DNA of 37,753 nucleotides from a virus (Duplodnaviria; Heunggongvirae; Uroviricota; Caudoviricetes): IMG/VR virus record IMGVR_UViG_2687453319_000001; one strand, 5' to 3'. Shown piece by piece: positions 37,393 to 37,753 of this stretch (position 1 is its first letter; each line of letters starts with the position of its first letter). The notes under the pieces were generated by a model. It saw only the letters and a program-made list of their open reading frames with translations, ran no database searches and was not told where the DNA came from. The position numbers and the translations under genes were made by a program.

Positions 37393-37753
37393 GGGGCCGG
37401 AACTCCTGGTGGAACTGGCACAGCATACCTCTGAGACCGTTCGCGAGATTATTGATATTGAGCCCGAAGTTGCCGACCAGATTGGTCAGGCCGTCGCGAA
37501 CCGAATGATGCAGGTCTGGGGCGGGCAAAACGTTTATTTCCCGATGGGCATGGTATGGAAGGTCAGTCAGCGCGACCGGGAAATCTTCAGGGAGTTTAAC
37601 GGACGCAACCACCACGAACTGGCCCGCAAATTTGGTGTTTCGCTTCAGTGGGTCTACAGCGTGGTTAAGCGGGTAAGAAAAGAAGAACTGGATCGGATGC
37701 AGGGCAAGCTATTTGCTGATGAACCCGATGCAGATACGGAGAAAAAAGAGTAA
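37364..37753 (+). CDS. mor: Mor-like middle-operon transcriptional activator
   Basis: 129 aa; ...GGQNVYFPMG...REIFREFNGRNHHELARKFGVSLQWVYSVVKRVRK matches the Mor/C family C-terminal HTH region; follows gemA as in Mu. Confidence 0.85.
   Translation: MSDLNQFRSKGPELLVELAQHTSETVREIIDIEPEVADQIGQAVANRMMQVWGGQNVYFPMGMVWKVSQRDREIFREFNGRNHHELARKFGVSLQWVYSVVKRVRKEELDRMQGKLFADEPDADTEKKE

Larger units (their letters stand above)
371..37753. mobile_element. Mu-like transposable prophage (BcepMu/SalMu-like divergent layout), left end inside window, right end beyond window
   Basis: Contiguous Mu/P2-type virion gene order on - strand, Mu-type early genes (Gam, GemA, Mor), DDE transposase plus AAA+ ATPase on + strand, internal repressor; host-like coding signal stops near 370-455. 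Confidence 0.8.

Overview
Almost the whole window (about 370 to 37753) is a Mu-like transposable prophage; only the left ~370 bp look like host DNA, a minus-strand fragment of an NRPS heterocyclization (Cy) domain that the prophage appears to have interrupted. The prophage is organised divergently around an internal immunity region near 29.0-29.5 kb. Rightward (+ strand) runs the early operon: Ner/Cro-like protein, an IclR-like HTH protein, DDE transposase, AAA+ transposition ATPase, Gam, a MazG-like protein, GemA and Mor. Leftward (- strand) runs the lysis cassette and a Mu/P2-type virion module (terminase, portal, head, sheath, tube, tape measure, baseplate, tail fiber), ending in an invertible tail-fiber cassette region and a Gin/Pin-family invertase at the left end. 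The most interesting locus is an accessory island between the lysis cassette and the repressor (26.8-29.0 kb): two membrane proteins co-transcribed with the repressor, plus a divergent small P-loop protein, arranged like lambda cI-rexA-rexB. Other points: three gix-like crossover sites and three alternative fiber C-terminal cassettes; tandem repeats inside the fiber and tape-measure genes; an early promoter with a perfect palindromic operator in its spacer. At least ten single-base homopolymer contractions break genes in both phage and host DNA, most likely sequencing/assembly error. All functional calls are from reading translated ORFs and recalled family motifs; no database search was run.
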